Position numbers and translations under genes: made by a program. From an uncultured delta proteobacterium (GTDB lineage Bacteria > Desulfobacterota > Binatia > Binatales > Binataceae), in the NCBI GenBank assembly GCA_963783145.1, contig CAWAMM010000004.1, positions 326,414 through 390,413 of the forward strand: DNA of 64,000 bases, in the 5' to 3' direction. The notes below the pieces were generated by a model that saw only the letters and a list, made by a program, of their open reading frames with translations, made no database searches and was not told where the DNA came from. Shown here in pieces: positions 46,645 to 56,571 of the stretch. Every line of letters starts with the position of its first letter. Positions within the stretch are counted from its first letter, which is position 1.

Positions 46645-48255
46645 ATGAGACGTAGGGACGTCGTCGCGGTCGGTGCGGTGGTGGGATGGTATGCGTTCGC
46701 CCTCGCGATGATGCATCCGCTCGCCGACGGCCCGGTGGCGGATAGCTGGATCTATGCCGAGGCAGTCCGCTGGTTTCGCGCCAGCGGCGAGTTCCGCTTT
46801 CCCGGCTACACCGAGACGATGCCAGTCGCGCAGATACTGTATGGCGCGGGATGGGGATCAATTTTCGGCACCAGTGCGATTTCGCTCGACCTCGCGAATG
46901 TGTCCCTCGGCATCGTCGGCGCGCTCCTTTTGCATGCCCTCGCGATGCGATGCGGTGCGCACTCGTGGCAGGCGCTCGGGGCTGCCGGCCTTCTGATCTG
47001 TAATCCCTGCTACCTGTTTCTCAGCTTCTCGTTCATGAGCGAGATCGCATTTCTCGCGGCACTGCTGGGATCGTATCTGGCGTTCGCCAATGCCGAGGGC
47101 CCAAACCGGATCGCCTGTCTATGGCTCGCGGCGATGCTCGCCCTGATCGCATTCGCGGTGCGTCCATTCGGAGGCGCGGCGATTGTGGGCTCCGCGAGCG
47201 CTGTCCTGCTGTATGACGTGAAGTGGCGAGCACGCCCGCGCGCCACCATGATCCGGCTCGCATCGATGCTGGCGCCCTTCGCGGTCGCGCTGGTCGGATG
47301 CGGGCTCATCTGGATCTGGCTGACGGTCATACGGCCACCGCCATGGAAGCTTGTCCAGCGCGGGACAAATCTTACGCACCTCTTCCAAGTGCCGCTAACG
47401 GAATATCTGCGGATGGGCATCCTCGGCCCGCTGCTCTATCTCGGCATCGTTCTGAGTCCGATGGCGCTGCTGCGCGTCGTATCGAAAGATACCGGCCGGA
47501 TTCTCGCACTCGGAGGGGGACTTTTCATCGCGACGGTTGTCCTCGTGCGTATCGGCATTCCCTATCCCGCGACGCCGGAGATGAGTTGCTTTGGCGGATG
47601 GTCGAACGCGCTCATCCTGCGCGGAATGCCGAATCGCTTCGAATGGAATGATGGATGGCGTTATGTGCTGATGCTGTTGGGCAGCCTCGGCGGGGCAGCG
47701 CTGATCTTCGGAGCCATCGACGTGATTCCGCGGCTGACGCGAGCGTCGGTGGCGGTGCTGCTGACCGCCGCGGTTTATTGGGCCGCGATGATCCCGCTGT
47801 GGTTCTTCAACGATCGGTACTACCTGGTACTGGTCCCCGCGGGAGCGTTGATTCTCGCTCTCGCGCCACTACCGCAAAGAACGCCGGCGCAGATTGCCGC
47901 TTGGGCGATGACGGCGGCGATGGGTTTGATGTCGCTGGGCGGCGTCTACTCGTACCAGCGCGGCCTCGCGGTGGTGATGGCGGCGCGCGACATGTTGGAA
48001 AGCCGCGGCATCGAGCGCGCCTCCATCGATGCGGGCTACGAACTCAACGGATTGGATCTCTATCGATTCGCGCGCCCCGGCGGCGAGTCGCAGGATGAAG
48101 CGGCTCACGTTCCGATGATCACCTCGGGAAAGTTGGACGATTACACCATCGCCGCAGGGCCGATCGTCGGCACTGAAATTATCGGGAAAATTGCGCGACC
48201 TGGACCGTTCGGCCTCGGAACGCGCGAGATCTATCTGCTCAGGCGAATGCCTTAG
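46645..48255 (+). CDS. GT-C glycosyltransferase, family 39 / ArnT-like (PMT-type) membrane transferase
   Basis: Multi-TM protein with the ArnT/PMT-type N-terminal region. Divergent from the UXS/ArnB-like pair. Confidence 0.65.
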   Translation: MRRRDVVAVGAVVGWYAFALAMMHPLADGPVADSWIYAEAVRWFRASGEFRFPGYTETMPVAQILYGAGWGSIFGTSAISLDLANVSLGIVGALLLHALAMRCGAHSWQALGAAGLLICNPCYLFLSFSFMSEIAFLAALLGSYLAFANAEGPNRIACLWLAAMLALIAFAVRPFGGAAIVGSASAVLLYDVKWRARPRATMIRLASMLAPFAVALVGCGLIWIWLTVIRPPPWKLVQRGTNLTHLFQVPLTEYLRMGILGPLLYLGIVLSPMALLRVVSKDTGRILALGGGLFIATVVLVRIGIPYPATPEMSCFGGWSNALILRGMPNRFEWNDGWRYVLMLLGSLGGAALIFGAIDVIPRLTRASVAVLLTAAVYWAAMIPLWFFNDRYYLVLVPAGALILALAPLPQRTPAQIAAWAMTAAMGLMSLGGVYSYQRGLAVVMAARDMLESRGIERASIDAGYELNGLDLYRFARPGGESQDEAAHVPMITSGKLDDYTIAAGPIVGTEIIGKIARPGPFGLGTREIYLLRRMP

Positions 48256-49613
48256 GGTGCCGAGAAACTCGCGGTCAGGCCTGAATCGTCAGGAGCCGGA
48301 CCCGGCATCACATAGGTAGGGATGCCGCTTTGCGCGATGACCGCGTTCTCAAGCTTCTTCCAGTCGACCTGATCCTCAAGGCCCTTTTGCTGGACCAGAT
48401 CGCGTGCGAGACTCCACAACCCAGGATACTTGCCGTACAGGTCGGAGTGGACTTCGACATAGAGGGCGTCACCGCGCCATCCGAATTTGATCGGCTGATA
48501 GACAATCGCTCCGGGAGTTCCAACTTTGGTCTTATGGAACAGGCGGTCGATGTCTTCGGGATAGAGCCGGATACACCCGTGACTGACTTCCATGCCGACG
48601 CCCCAGGGAACGTTGGTCCCATGGATGCCGTATTCAGGTATAGACAAGTCGAGCTTGTAATGACCGAGCGGATTGTCGTCATCGCCACCGTGGATGACGT
48701 GCTCCGCCTCGCCATCGCGCTCGAGGTGCTCCTTGTAGATGTCATCGGGAACCACCCAGGTCGGGTCTTTGACCTTGGCGGTAACTCGAAACGCGCCGAC
48801 GGGAGTCTTCCAATCGAACCTGCCGAGACCAACCGGGAAGGTGTAGACGACTTCGGCCATCGAGCCACCGGCCGTCGCCGCATGGCCGTAGTGCTTATGC
48901 GCCTTCGAGATGGTCGTCGCCTTGGCGGTGGGGGCGGCCTCAGGCTCGGGCGCTGCTTCCGGAGCGGATTCGTCTTCCGGAGCGGGTGCGCCTTCCGGCG
49001 GGGGCTCGTCGGGAGGGCCCTCGATGATCTCGGTATCGATGATCTTTTTGAATTCGCCCGGCGTGACGCCTTCCTTCTTCAACTTGCCGCGATGAGGTGA
49101 GGGACCAGTGGTGGGCGACGGATAGTAGTAATAGAGGCGCATCTCGGGGATGTTCAGGACCAACCCGACCCGTGGCGTATCGGGCAGGATGTGCTCGTCG
49201 GTCAGAATAACCTTGGTGCCGACCGGCGGCGCCCACCAGTCCATATGATTATTGGCGTCGGAAATTTCCTTCGCACTCAATCCATACCATCGCCCGACGT
49301 CGAGCAATGTATCGCCCTTCTGGAGCTGATACTCGACAAGGTTGCCGACGATATTGTCGCGTCCCTGCGGCGCGGGATAGGCAAACAGCGGACGATGCTC
49401 GAACTCGTCTTCGTTCCAACCGCGCGCAATTGCCGGGAGCGCGACCGCGGCGATCAGGAGCGAAATGATGGCGACGAGATTCCTGCTCGAACTGGAGAGT
49501 GATTTCCTCAAGCTAAGCGCACAGCCTCCGGCCCCGCGGGCCTTCCTGAAGTTTTTCAGAGATCGGAGTGCCCTCCAAGTAAGAATGATAAGGATTCCGC
49601 TCAAGCGGAGCAA
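48252..49613 (-). CDS. L,D-transpeptidase (YkuD domain) with LysM domain
   Basis: LysM (YQLQKGDTLLDVGRWYGLSAKEISDAN). YkuD catalytic HG...SHGCIRL. Confidence 0.85.
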   Translation of the reverse strand: MLRLSGILIILTWRALRSLKNFRKARGAGGCALSLRKSLSSSSRNLVAIISLLIAAVALPAIARGWNEDEFEHRPLFAYPAPQGRDNIVGNLVEYQLQKGDTLLDVGRWYGLSAKEISDANNHMDWWAPPVGTKVILTDEHILPDTPRVGLVLNIPEMRLYYYYPSPTTGPSPHRGKLKKEGVTPGEFKKIIDTEIIEGPPDEPPPEGAPAPEDESAPEAAPEPEAAPTAKATTISKAHKHYGHAATAGGSMAEVVYTFPVGLGRFDWKTPVGAFRVTAKVKDPTWVVPDDIYKEHLERDGEAEHVIHGGDDDNPLGHYKLDLSIPEYGIHGTNVPWGVGMEVSHGCIRLYPEDIDRLFHKTKVGTPGAIVYQPIKFGWRGDALYVEVHSDLYGKYPGLWSLARDLVQQKGLEDQVDWKKLENAVIAQSGIPTYVMPGPAPDDSGLTASFSAP

Positions 49614-49619
49614 CTTTTG

Positions 49620-51800
49620 CTAAATGGGGCGCAGATTCGCGAACTTCAAAACCAGCAGCTTGACCCCGCCGCGATCGAAGTTGATCCAGACCTTGGCGGT
49701 GTCGCCGCGCCCCTCGCGCTTGCGGATGGTTCCGCGCCCGAAGGTAGGATGCATCACTTGCGCGCCGACGCTCAGGCCGCCGGTCGCCAATTCCTCCTCG
49801 GGCAATTGCGATTCGCTGTAATCGACGTAGCGCTCATTCGGCCCCGGGGTGCGGATGAAAGGAACCCGCGGCGGCTCTTCAGGCGCGATCCTGCGAAGCA
49901 AATCCTGCTTGATTTCCGCCAGGAAGCGCGACGGCCGCGGCTCATTGCGCTGCCCATAGAGCTCCCGCGACAGCGTGTTGGTGAGATACAGGAGTTGGCG
50001 CGCGCGGGTCATGCCGACATAGCAAAGCCGCCGCTCCTCCTCGATATTCTCGCCGTTGTTTTCATTGGAGCGCTGATGCGGAAACAGCCCTTCCTCCATC
50101 CCCGCGATGAACACCACCGGGTATTCCAACCCCTTCGAGGTATGCAGGGTCATCAGGGCGACGCGCCCACCCGCGGAGGCCACCGCATCGGCGTCGCTGA
50201 TCAGTGCGACATTCTCAAGATATTCGGTGATGCCGCCGTTTTTTTGATTGTCGAATTCGCCGGCGCCCGCGAGAAGTTCCGCGACGTTTTGCCGGCGCTG
50301 CTGTCCGTCGGCCAGCCCCTCCAGATAGGAGATGAAACCTGACCGCACGATGATCTCGTCCAGGATGCTGCGTACCGACATTTCCGGCGCGCGCTGAATG
50401 AGATCGTGCATCCACGAGTACAGTGCGCTCGCCGACTTGGCGATGCGCAGGGCCACATCGCGCGCAGTTTCCAGCCGGCCCAGCGTTTCAAGCATCGGGA
50501 TGCCCTCATGCGCGGCCAGCTCCTTCATCACTTCGATGGTGCGGGCGCCGATCCCGCGCGTCGGCACACCCAGCATCCGCTCGAGGCTGACCGCATCGGC
50601 AGGATTCGCGATCACTTTCAGATACGCGAGCAGGTCGCGAATTTCCTTCAGCTCGTAAAATCGATGGCCGCCGACGACGAAGTAGGGCAGGCGGCGACGC
50701 ACCAGCGCCTCTTCGATGATGCGCGACTGCGCATTGACGCGATAGAAGACCACCACCTCGGCGGGCTTGAACTTATTCGCCTCGACCAGCGAGGCAATTT
50801 CGCGCGCGATAAAGTCGGCCTCGTCGCGCTCGGTCATCGCAGTGAAATAGGTGACCTTCTCGCCGCTATCGTTCTCGGTCCACAGGGTTTTTTCCTTGCG
50901 CTCGCGATTGTGCGAAATCACCGCGCCCGCTGCCGCGAGGATGGTCTTGGTCGAGCGGTAATTCTGTTCAAGCTTGAAGATTTGCGCGTTGGGAAAGTCG
51001 TGCTCGAAATCCAGGATGTTGCGGATATCGGCGCCGCGCCATTTGTAGATGGATTGATCCTCGTCGCCGACCACGCAGATATTTCCGCTGCGCTCCGAGA
51101 GCGCCCTCACCAGCAGATACTGCACGCGATTGGTGTCCTGGTACTCATCCACCATCAGATGAACCGCGCGCCGCTGATACTTTTCCAGGATCTCCGGATG
51201 GTCGCGGAACAGCTCGTAGGTCAAAAGCTGAAGGTCGCTGAAGTCCATCGCATTGATGGTGCGCAGGCGCTCGCGATAGAGCCGATAGAGCTGCGCGATG
51301 GTTTTGTCGCGGCTGGTCTCGGCACGCGCGGCCAGCTCGTCAGCGGAGATCGCCTCGTTCTTGGCCTGCTCGATGCGGGCGCGGGCCAGCTCCGGCGCCG
51401 GCGAGTCGGCTAGCGCCGCGGCTTCGATGACGTCACGAATGACCGACATCGAATCGCCCTCATCGAGGATGGAATAATTCTGCTCGTAGCCGACCGCGCG
51501 GGCCTCGGCACGCAGAATCCGGGCGCAAGCGGAATGAAAGGTGCTGACCCACGGCGCCTGCGCGCCATCTATCAGCGCGGCGACCCGCTCACGCATTTCG
51601 GCGGCGGCCTTGTTGGTGAAGGTGACCGCGAGGACCTCGCGCGGGTCGACATTGCGCTCGCCCAGCAGGTGGGCGATACGATAGGTGATCGCGCGGGTCT
51701 TGCCCGAGCCGGCGCCGGCGAGAATCAGAATGGGGCCGTCGGGCGCGAGGACCGCGGCGCGCTGCTCAGGATTTAGAACGTCGAGATTTAACGAAGACAT
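49620..51800 (-). CDS. UvrD/PcrA/Rep-family ATP-dependent DNA helicase
   Basis: LNPEQRAAV...ILAGAGSGKTRAITYRIAHLL plus the remaining SF1 motifs. 726 aa. Confidence 0.9.
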   Translation of the reverse strand: MSSLNLDVLNPEQRAAVLAPDGPILILAGAGSGKTRAITYRIAHLLGERNVDPREVLAVTFTNKAAAEMRERVAALIDGAQAPWVSTFHSACARILRAEARAVGYEQNYSILDEGDSMSVIRDVIEAAALADSPAPELARARIEQAKNEAISADELAARAETSRDKTIAQLYRLYRERLRTINAMDFSDLQLLTYELFRDHPEILEKYQRRAVHLMVDEYQDTNRVQYLLVRALSERSGNICVVGDEDQSIYKWRGADIRNILDFEHDFPNAQIFKLEQNYRSTKTILAAAGAVISHNRERKEKTLWTENDSGEKVTYFTAMTERDEADFIAREIASLVEANKFKPAEVVVFYRVNAQSRIIEEALVRRRLPYFVVGGHRFYELKEIRDLLAYLKVIANPADAVSLERMLGVPTRGIGARTIEVMKELAAHEGIPMLETLGRLETARDVALRIAKSASALYSWMHDLIQRAPEMSVRSILDEIIVRSGFISYLEGLADGQQRRQNVAELLAGAGEFDNQKNGGITEYLENVALISDADAVASAGGRVALMTLHTSKGLEYPVVFIAGMEEGLFPHQRSNENNGENIEEERRLCYVGMTRARQLLYLTNTLSRELYGQRNEPRPSRFLAEIKQDLLRRIAPEEPPRVPFIRTPGPNERYVDYSESQLPEEELATGGLSVGAQVMHPTFGRGTIRKREGRGDTAKVWINFDRGGVKLLVLKFANLRPI

Positions 51801-51948
51801 CGGAGTGCGGTCAAATACAACTACCGTGCGCGGAGTCAGTCAGCGCGGGTTTTGTCAGGATACAGACTTCGAATCCTTGATCAAACTCAGTTTGTGGATA
51901 TTCGCTCGCGAGCGGAAATGCTGCGCGGACGCGGAGTGAAAAACTAAC

Positions 51949-52539
51949 GTGGCGACCTACGAGCCTCGCGACAAATATTACCGCAAAGCGCGCGAGAAGG
52001 GGTTGCCTTCGCGTGCCGCATTCAAAATCGAGGAGCTGATCGGGCGCATCAAGCTGCCGCCCGATGCGCGTGTGATCGACCTCGGATGCGCGCCCGGCGG
52101 ATGGCTCGCGATCCTGGGCGCCGCGGTTGGCCGCAATGGCCGCGTGATTGGAATCGATCTGGTCTCATGCGGAAATTTCGGCTCGAATGTCGAATCGATG
52201 GTGGCCGACATCCGTGATCCTCAACTTCCCGACATTTTAAAGGAGAAGCTCGGCCGTCCCGCCGATCTAATCACCAGCGATCTCTCGCCGAAGCTGACCG
52301 GCATCCGCGATCATGATGAGGCGCAATTCGAGGAGCTGATCGATGCCGCCCTTGCGATTGCCTCGCGCACGCTGAAACCCGGCGGCGTGATGATCGCGAA
52401 GCTGTTCATGAGCGGCGCGTTCAAGGGCATCGTCGCGCGCTTCGAGCAGCTATTTGCCAAGGTGGATGTGACCAAGGTGAAGGCCACCCGCCCCGGCTCC
52501 TCCGAGCTGTACGTCATCGCCCGCGGCTTCGAAGCTTGA
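51949..52539 (+). CDS. rlmE: 23S rRNA (uridine2552-2'-O)-methyltransferase RlmE/FtsJ
   Basis: YRKAREKGLPSRAAFKIEEL...VIDLGCAPGGW. Confidence 0.9.
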   Translation: MATYEPRDKYYRKAREKGLPSRAAFKIEELIGRIKLPPDARVIDLGCAPGGWLAILGAAVGRNGRVIGIDLVSCGNFGSNVESMVADIRDPQLPDILKEKLGRPADLITSDLSPKLTGIRDHDEAQFEELIDAALAIASRTLKPGGVMIAKLFMSGAFKGIVARFEQLFAKVDVTKVKATRPGSSELYVIARGFEA

Positions 52540-52595
52540 TCGGATCGAAGTCCGTTTCGTCCGTGCCGGGTTTATTTCCGATGGAGTGCTGCATT

Positions 52596-53342
52596 CTACA
52601 TCGCGGATAGCCCGAGCATTGGAAACACATACTGAAGGGTTTGAAACAGGGAGCCGATCAAAACCAGAATCGCTCCGTAACCGCCCAACCGGCGGTCTGG
52701 CAAATTGTCCGCCCATGCTTCTATCGAAGGAGCGAGAGCGACCAACAGCGCACTCGACAACCCGGTGACTAGTCCGACCTTGACCCCGTATGCGAGCGCG
52801 TCGGCTTCCTTATGGATCGCGCCACTGAGTATCGCGGCCAGTCCGATCGAGGCGCCGCGAAAGGCAGCGCGCGCGAGCACCGCTCGGTCAATCTGCGGAC
52901 GGCCGGAACTCATGTCCGCGCGTGGCGGACCGACAATCAGGTAGGCGGCGACGAATCCGATCAGGCTGAAGATTCCAAAATTGATTCCGAACCAGGCGTC
53001 CCGCGCAAGCCATCCGGCGGCGCCGAAGCTGGCGGCCCGCAGGAAGCTGAACGCCAGTGCCTCGAAAAAAGGATGGGCGTTGCGAACTTCGCGGCGTCCG
53101 ATCTCAAAGCTGAGGAGGGGGCCCGAAACCAGCAAGCCCGCCAGTCCGAACCACACTCCGAGTGGTAGCGCGTAGGCGCTCCCGAATAGCACCCCATAGC
53201 TGGCGCTCTTGGTGATCGTTCTAAGCGGCCCGTTCTTCCCGCCGAATAACTCGTAGGCCAGATACAGCCCGCCCAGCGCGTCCATTATCACGCCCGCCAA
53301 GCTCAGAACCGGAATGAGATCGTGCCGCCATCCACCACTCAT
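52596..53342 (-). CDS. Hypothetical polytopic membrane protein
   Basis: About 7 hydrophobic helices. No family recognised. Confidence 0.45.
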   Translation of the reverse strand: MSGGWRHDLIPVLSLAGVIMDALGGLYLAYELFGGKNGPLRTITKSASYGVLFGSAYALPLGVWFGLAGLLVSGPLLSFEIGRREVRNAHPFFEALAFSFLRAASFGAAGWLARDAWFGINFGIFSLIGFVAAYLIVGPPRADMSSGRPQIDRAVLARAAFRGASIGLAAILSGAIHKEADALAYGVKVGLVTGLSSALLVALAPSIEAWADNLPDRRLGGYGAILVLIGSLFQTLQYVFPMLGLSAM

Positions 53343-53360
53343 GAGGCTTATTCGAACACG

Positions 53361-54062
53361 TCATGCCACGGGAGGGTTGATATCGGACCACAGCCGGCGC
53401 ATGAACTCGATATGCATCTCGACCGCCCATAAGGTTTCGGCCGCGGCGCTTTCGGGGATCGCGCGGAAGATGGAGCCCGCGCTCGAATCGCCATGATCCT
53501 TGTCGACTTCGATGTGTACGGTGAAGAAACGCACTCCCGCATCAGACAATTTGTAATGTTTTTGTAACCCCTCGACGACGCGCATATAAGCGTCGGGGTT
53601 GAATAGCTCCGAACCGAGGCTGATGCCCGCCAGCGTGACGTACCACGGCTTGGAATCCGCCAGCCAGTACATCCAATGCACCATCGCGGTGGCGTCGGGA
53701 GTCATCCGCGCATGGAGGAGTTCCTCGCGCGGGATTCCGACCGCCTCGCCAAATTCCAGATACAGCTCCATATGCGAGCGGCCCACGCCCGATTGTCTGC
53801 CGAGTTCCTCTTCGAGCAGGTTCTCAACGATCGCGCGGCGCGCGCCGAAATCGTCGCACTTGGCATAGATGAGCCCGAGGATATTCGCATTGTGGCCCTT
53901 GTTGCCGATGTAGAGCTGGGTCGCCCAATGGCGTAGTTGGTCGGCGCTCAACTCGCCGCGCTCGATTTTGTCGATGGTCGGATGCGATTTCAGCGTGCGA
54001 TGGTTGCGCTCGAGCCGCTTGATGAGCCCGTTGAGCAGGCCGATGCCCTTTTGAATATCCAT
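53361..54062 (-). CDS. TenA/PqqC-like (haem-oxygenase-like fold) iron-containing redox-enzyme-family protein
   Basis: Helical protein with conserved H/E/D positions of the TenA_THI-4/PqqC superfamily (weak, pattern-based). Confidence 0.45.
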   Translation of the reverse strand: MDIQKGIGLLNGLIKRLERNHRTLKSHPTIDKIERGELSADQLRHWATQLYIGNKGHNANILGLIYAKCDDFGARRAIVENLLEEELGRQSGVGRSHMELYLEFGEAVGIPREELLHARMTPDATAMVHWMYWLADSKPWYVTLAGISLGSELFNPDAYMRVVEGLQKHYKLSDAGVRFFTVHIEVDKDHGDSSAGSIFRAIPESAAAETLWAVEMHIEFMRRLWSDINPPVA

Positions 54063-54099
54063 GGGGTTTCCTTAGCAAGGCGGCGCTCAAATGTCAGCG

Positions 54100-54822
54100 T
54101 CACCGCCCGCGCAGCATCGCGGTCGTCAGGTAGATTGCGACCATGCCCAGGACCGTGGCGACCATTACCCAGGGGGAATCGTGCTCGCGTGCTTCAGGTA
54201 GTAGATCGGATGCGCCGATGTACAAAAACGAACCCACGAAGAACGCCAACACCCACGGGAGCAGCGCGACATCCAAATGAAAAACCACCGTGAGGGTCGC
54301 GCCGAGAACCGGCGCCGTCATGTCCGCGATCAGCCATCGCACCGCGTGCCTCAGCGGGTTGCCATGCGCAAGGACTACGGTGACGGTGTTCATCCCATCG
54401 CTCAGATCGTGCGCGATGATTCCGAGCGCGATCAGCAGACCGATGTGGGTGCTGGTCTGGAAGCCGACGCCGATCGCGACTCCATCGAGAAAGCTATGCA
54501 GCACCAGGCCCGCCGCGGATAGCGAGCCCAGCTCGGTCTCATGCGCGCGGTCAGCATGGATGTGCTCGCGCGCGCGATGCAGCGCGGTGTAGCGTTCGAG
54601 TCCGAAGAAGGTCAGGAAGCCCAGCGCGGCAATCGGCATGTAGGATGGTCCGCCGAGCGCGAAGACCTCGGGCAGGATGTCGAACAGCGCGACCGCCAGC
54701 ACCGCGCCCGAGCTGAAGCCGAGCAGAAAATGGAGCCGGTCGCGAAATCGTACCGCGGCCATCCCGCCCACGCAGGTTGAGCAGAAGCTAACGCAGGCCA
54801 GGAGGATCGGGACGAGGCGCAT
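54100..54822 (-). CDS. ZIP-family divalent metal (Zn) transporter (ZupT-like)
   Basis: HSFLDGVAIGVGF and IIAHDLSDG metal-binding TM motifs. Confidence 0.85.
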   Translation of the reverse strand: MRLVPILLACVSFCSTCVGGMAAVRFRDRLHFLLGFSSGAVLAVALFDILPEVFALGGPSYMPIAALGFLTFFGLERYTALHRAREHIHADRAHETELGSLSAAGLVLHSFLDGVAIGVGFQTSTHIGLLIALGIIAHDLSDGMNTVTVVLAHGNPLRHAVRWLIADMTAPVLGATLTVVFHLDVALLPWVLAFFVGSFLYIGASDLLPEAREHDSPWVMVATVLGMVAIYLTTAMLRGR

Positions 54823-54874
54823 GCGCGGGCATTATTCGGGCTTTGCGGGGCCCGCGCAATCAAGCCAGCGCCGG

Positions 54875-55582
54875 TTATGCTTCGGCCGGAGGTTGGGGTG
54901 CGAGGCGCACGGAACTTCGCGCGACGATCGGCGATAGGATCATCGCATAGACCTCATCGACGATCTTGCCATGCTGTTCGCGGTCGCGCGCCGGCTCGTA
55001 CCATCCGAAAACCGAATTCATCGCGCCGAACACCAGCGAGGTCAGGATGCGCGAGGTTTCGCGATCCATCGCCGCGCCATGCGTTTCGGCGACCTGCTCG
55101 ATGATCCTGCGGCAGAGGTTCGAGTATTCGCGCATCTGGCGCGCGATCTGGGTCGCGTTGCGCCCGGAGAGCGAGCCCGCCTCGCGAATCAGCACCTTCA
55201 TCTCGGCGACATTATCGAGCTGATATTCGATGTGCCCGGTGATGAACAGTTTCAGTTTTACTTCGGCATCCTGAACGCCGGCGATCTGGACCTCGGCGCG
55301 GCCGGAGAGCTGCTCGAAGGCGCGCTTGGAGATCAGGTAGAGGAGTTCCTCTTTGTTGCGCAGATAGTAGTAGATACGCGGAAAGGAAATGCGCGCGTGC
55401 GCCGCGATATCGCGAATCGAGGCGAGCCCGAAACTCTTCTCGGCGAAAACCTCGGCAGCGGCGCGCAGGATGTAATCGATATTGGCGTCGTAGCGCTCGG
55501 CGGGCGCCATCGCGCGGATCTGCGCCTTGGGTCCCGCTGCGCGCTTCGACGCGGCCATGGCAGATGACTTCTTCACTCGCAC
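54875..55582 (-). CDS. TetR-family transcriptional regulator
   Basis: TetR_N HTH (ILRAAAEVFAEKSFGLASIRDIAAHARISFPRIYYYLRNKEELL). Confidence 0.9.
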   Translation of the reverse strand: MRVKKSSAMAASKRAAGPKAQIRAMAPAERYDANIDYILRAAAEVFAEKSFGLASIRDIAAHARISFPRIYYYLRNKEELLYLISKRAFEQLSGRAEVQIAGVQDAEVKLKLFITGHIEYQLDNVAEMKVLIREAGSLSGRNATQIARQMREYSNLCRRIIEQVAETHGAAMDRETSRILTSLVFGAMNSVFGWYEPARDREQHGKIVDEVYAMILSPIVARSSVRLAPQPPAEA

Positions 55583-55745
55583 CTCACTCCCGGGGACATA
55601 AGAATTGTGCCCGCTAAAGGTGTCGAGTAAAAGAGACAGCCGTTTATGATCGGTTGAAATTCGCCGGCGTCATCGACGCGCCGTCGATTCACCGATCACA
55701 ATGGCGCAAATTCAGATCAAATTGTTGATGGGAACGTGGCGCCTC

Positions 55746-56516
55746 TCAGCCCGCCATCGTCAAGCCGCCGCTGATGCTGAGCACCTGGCCGGTCGCATAG
55801 TCGGCGTCCGAGGACGCAAAGAATGCGACCGCGCCCGCCAGGTCTTCGGGCTGGCCGAGGCGCCGAAACGGAATGCCGCGCGCCATCGCATCGAGAACAC
55901 CTTCGCGCCCGGCCATCGCATTCTTGAGCAACGCGGTCTGGGTCGGCCCCGGACACACCACATTGACGTTGATGCCGTATCGGGCGAGCTCGCGCGCGAG
56001 TGTCTTCGAGAAGCCGATAATGCCGGCCTTGCATCCCGCATAGACCGCCTCGCCGGTGGAGCCGACCCGGCCCGCATCGGAGGCGATCGATACGATCTTG
56101 CCGCGCCCGCGCTGCTGCATCTTCGTCGCCACCGCTTTGCAGCAGTTGAGAACGCCTCGATAATTGATCGCGATAACCTTGTCCCAGGTTTCCGGCTTGC
56201 TCTCGAGGAACGGTTCGATAATGTCCCATCCCGCGTTGTTGATGAGAATATCGATGGGCCCCAGCTCGCGCTCGACCAGCTCCGTGGCATCGAGCGCATC
56301 TTGCAGGCGGGTCACATCGAGCTTCACCGCGAGGGCACTTGCGCCGGTCTTCTTGATCTCCTCGGCGGTACGAGTGGCGCCTTCGATATCGATGTCGGCG
56401 ACGGCAACCTTGGCGCCTTCGCTCGCGAGCCGCATCACGATCGCACGCCCGATGCCCTGCGCCGAGCCGGTCACGATCGCCACTTTGTCTTTGAGTCTGC
56501 TGATTGCTGCTTCCAT
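55746..56516 (-). CDS. SDR-family oxidoreductase (FabG-like)
   Basis: VTGSAQGIGRAI...NAG...YAGCKAG. Confidence 0.85.
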   Translation of the reverse strand: MEAAISRLKDKVAIVTGSAQGIGRAIVMRLASEGAKVAVADIDIEGATRTAEEIKKTGASALAVKLDVTRLQDALDATELVERELGPIDILINNAGWDIIEPFLESKPETWDKVIAINYRGVLNCCKAVATKMQQRGRGKIVSIASDAGRVGSTGEAVYAGCKAGIIGFSKTLARELARYGINVNVVCPGPTQTALLKNAMAGREGVLDAMARGIPFRRLGQPEDLAGAVAFFASSDADYATGQVLSISGGLTMAG

Positions 56517-56531
56517 TTTTTCTTTTCTGTA

Positions 56532-56556
56532 CCCCCTTCCCAGTAGGGGAAGGGGG
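56532..56556. other. GC-rich hairpin (CCCCCTTCCC-agta-GGGGAAGGGGG) between the tandem SDR genes
   Basis: About 10-bp stem with one bulge. On the plus strand the T-run lies 5' of the hairpin, and no U-run follows it on either strand, so it is not a canonical terminator. Confidence 0.45.
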
Positions 56557-56571
56557 CTAGGGGGTTAGGTC

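Noticed and set aside
50406-51413. 335-aa plus-strand ORF
   Set aside because: Antisense to the UvrD/PcrA helicase gene.
51855-51875. cttcgaatcc motif resembling a tRNA T-arm upstream of rlmE
   Set aside because: No surrounding cloverleaf. Isolated motif.
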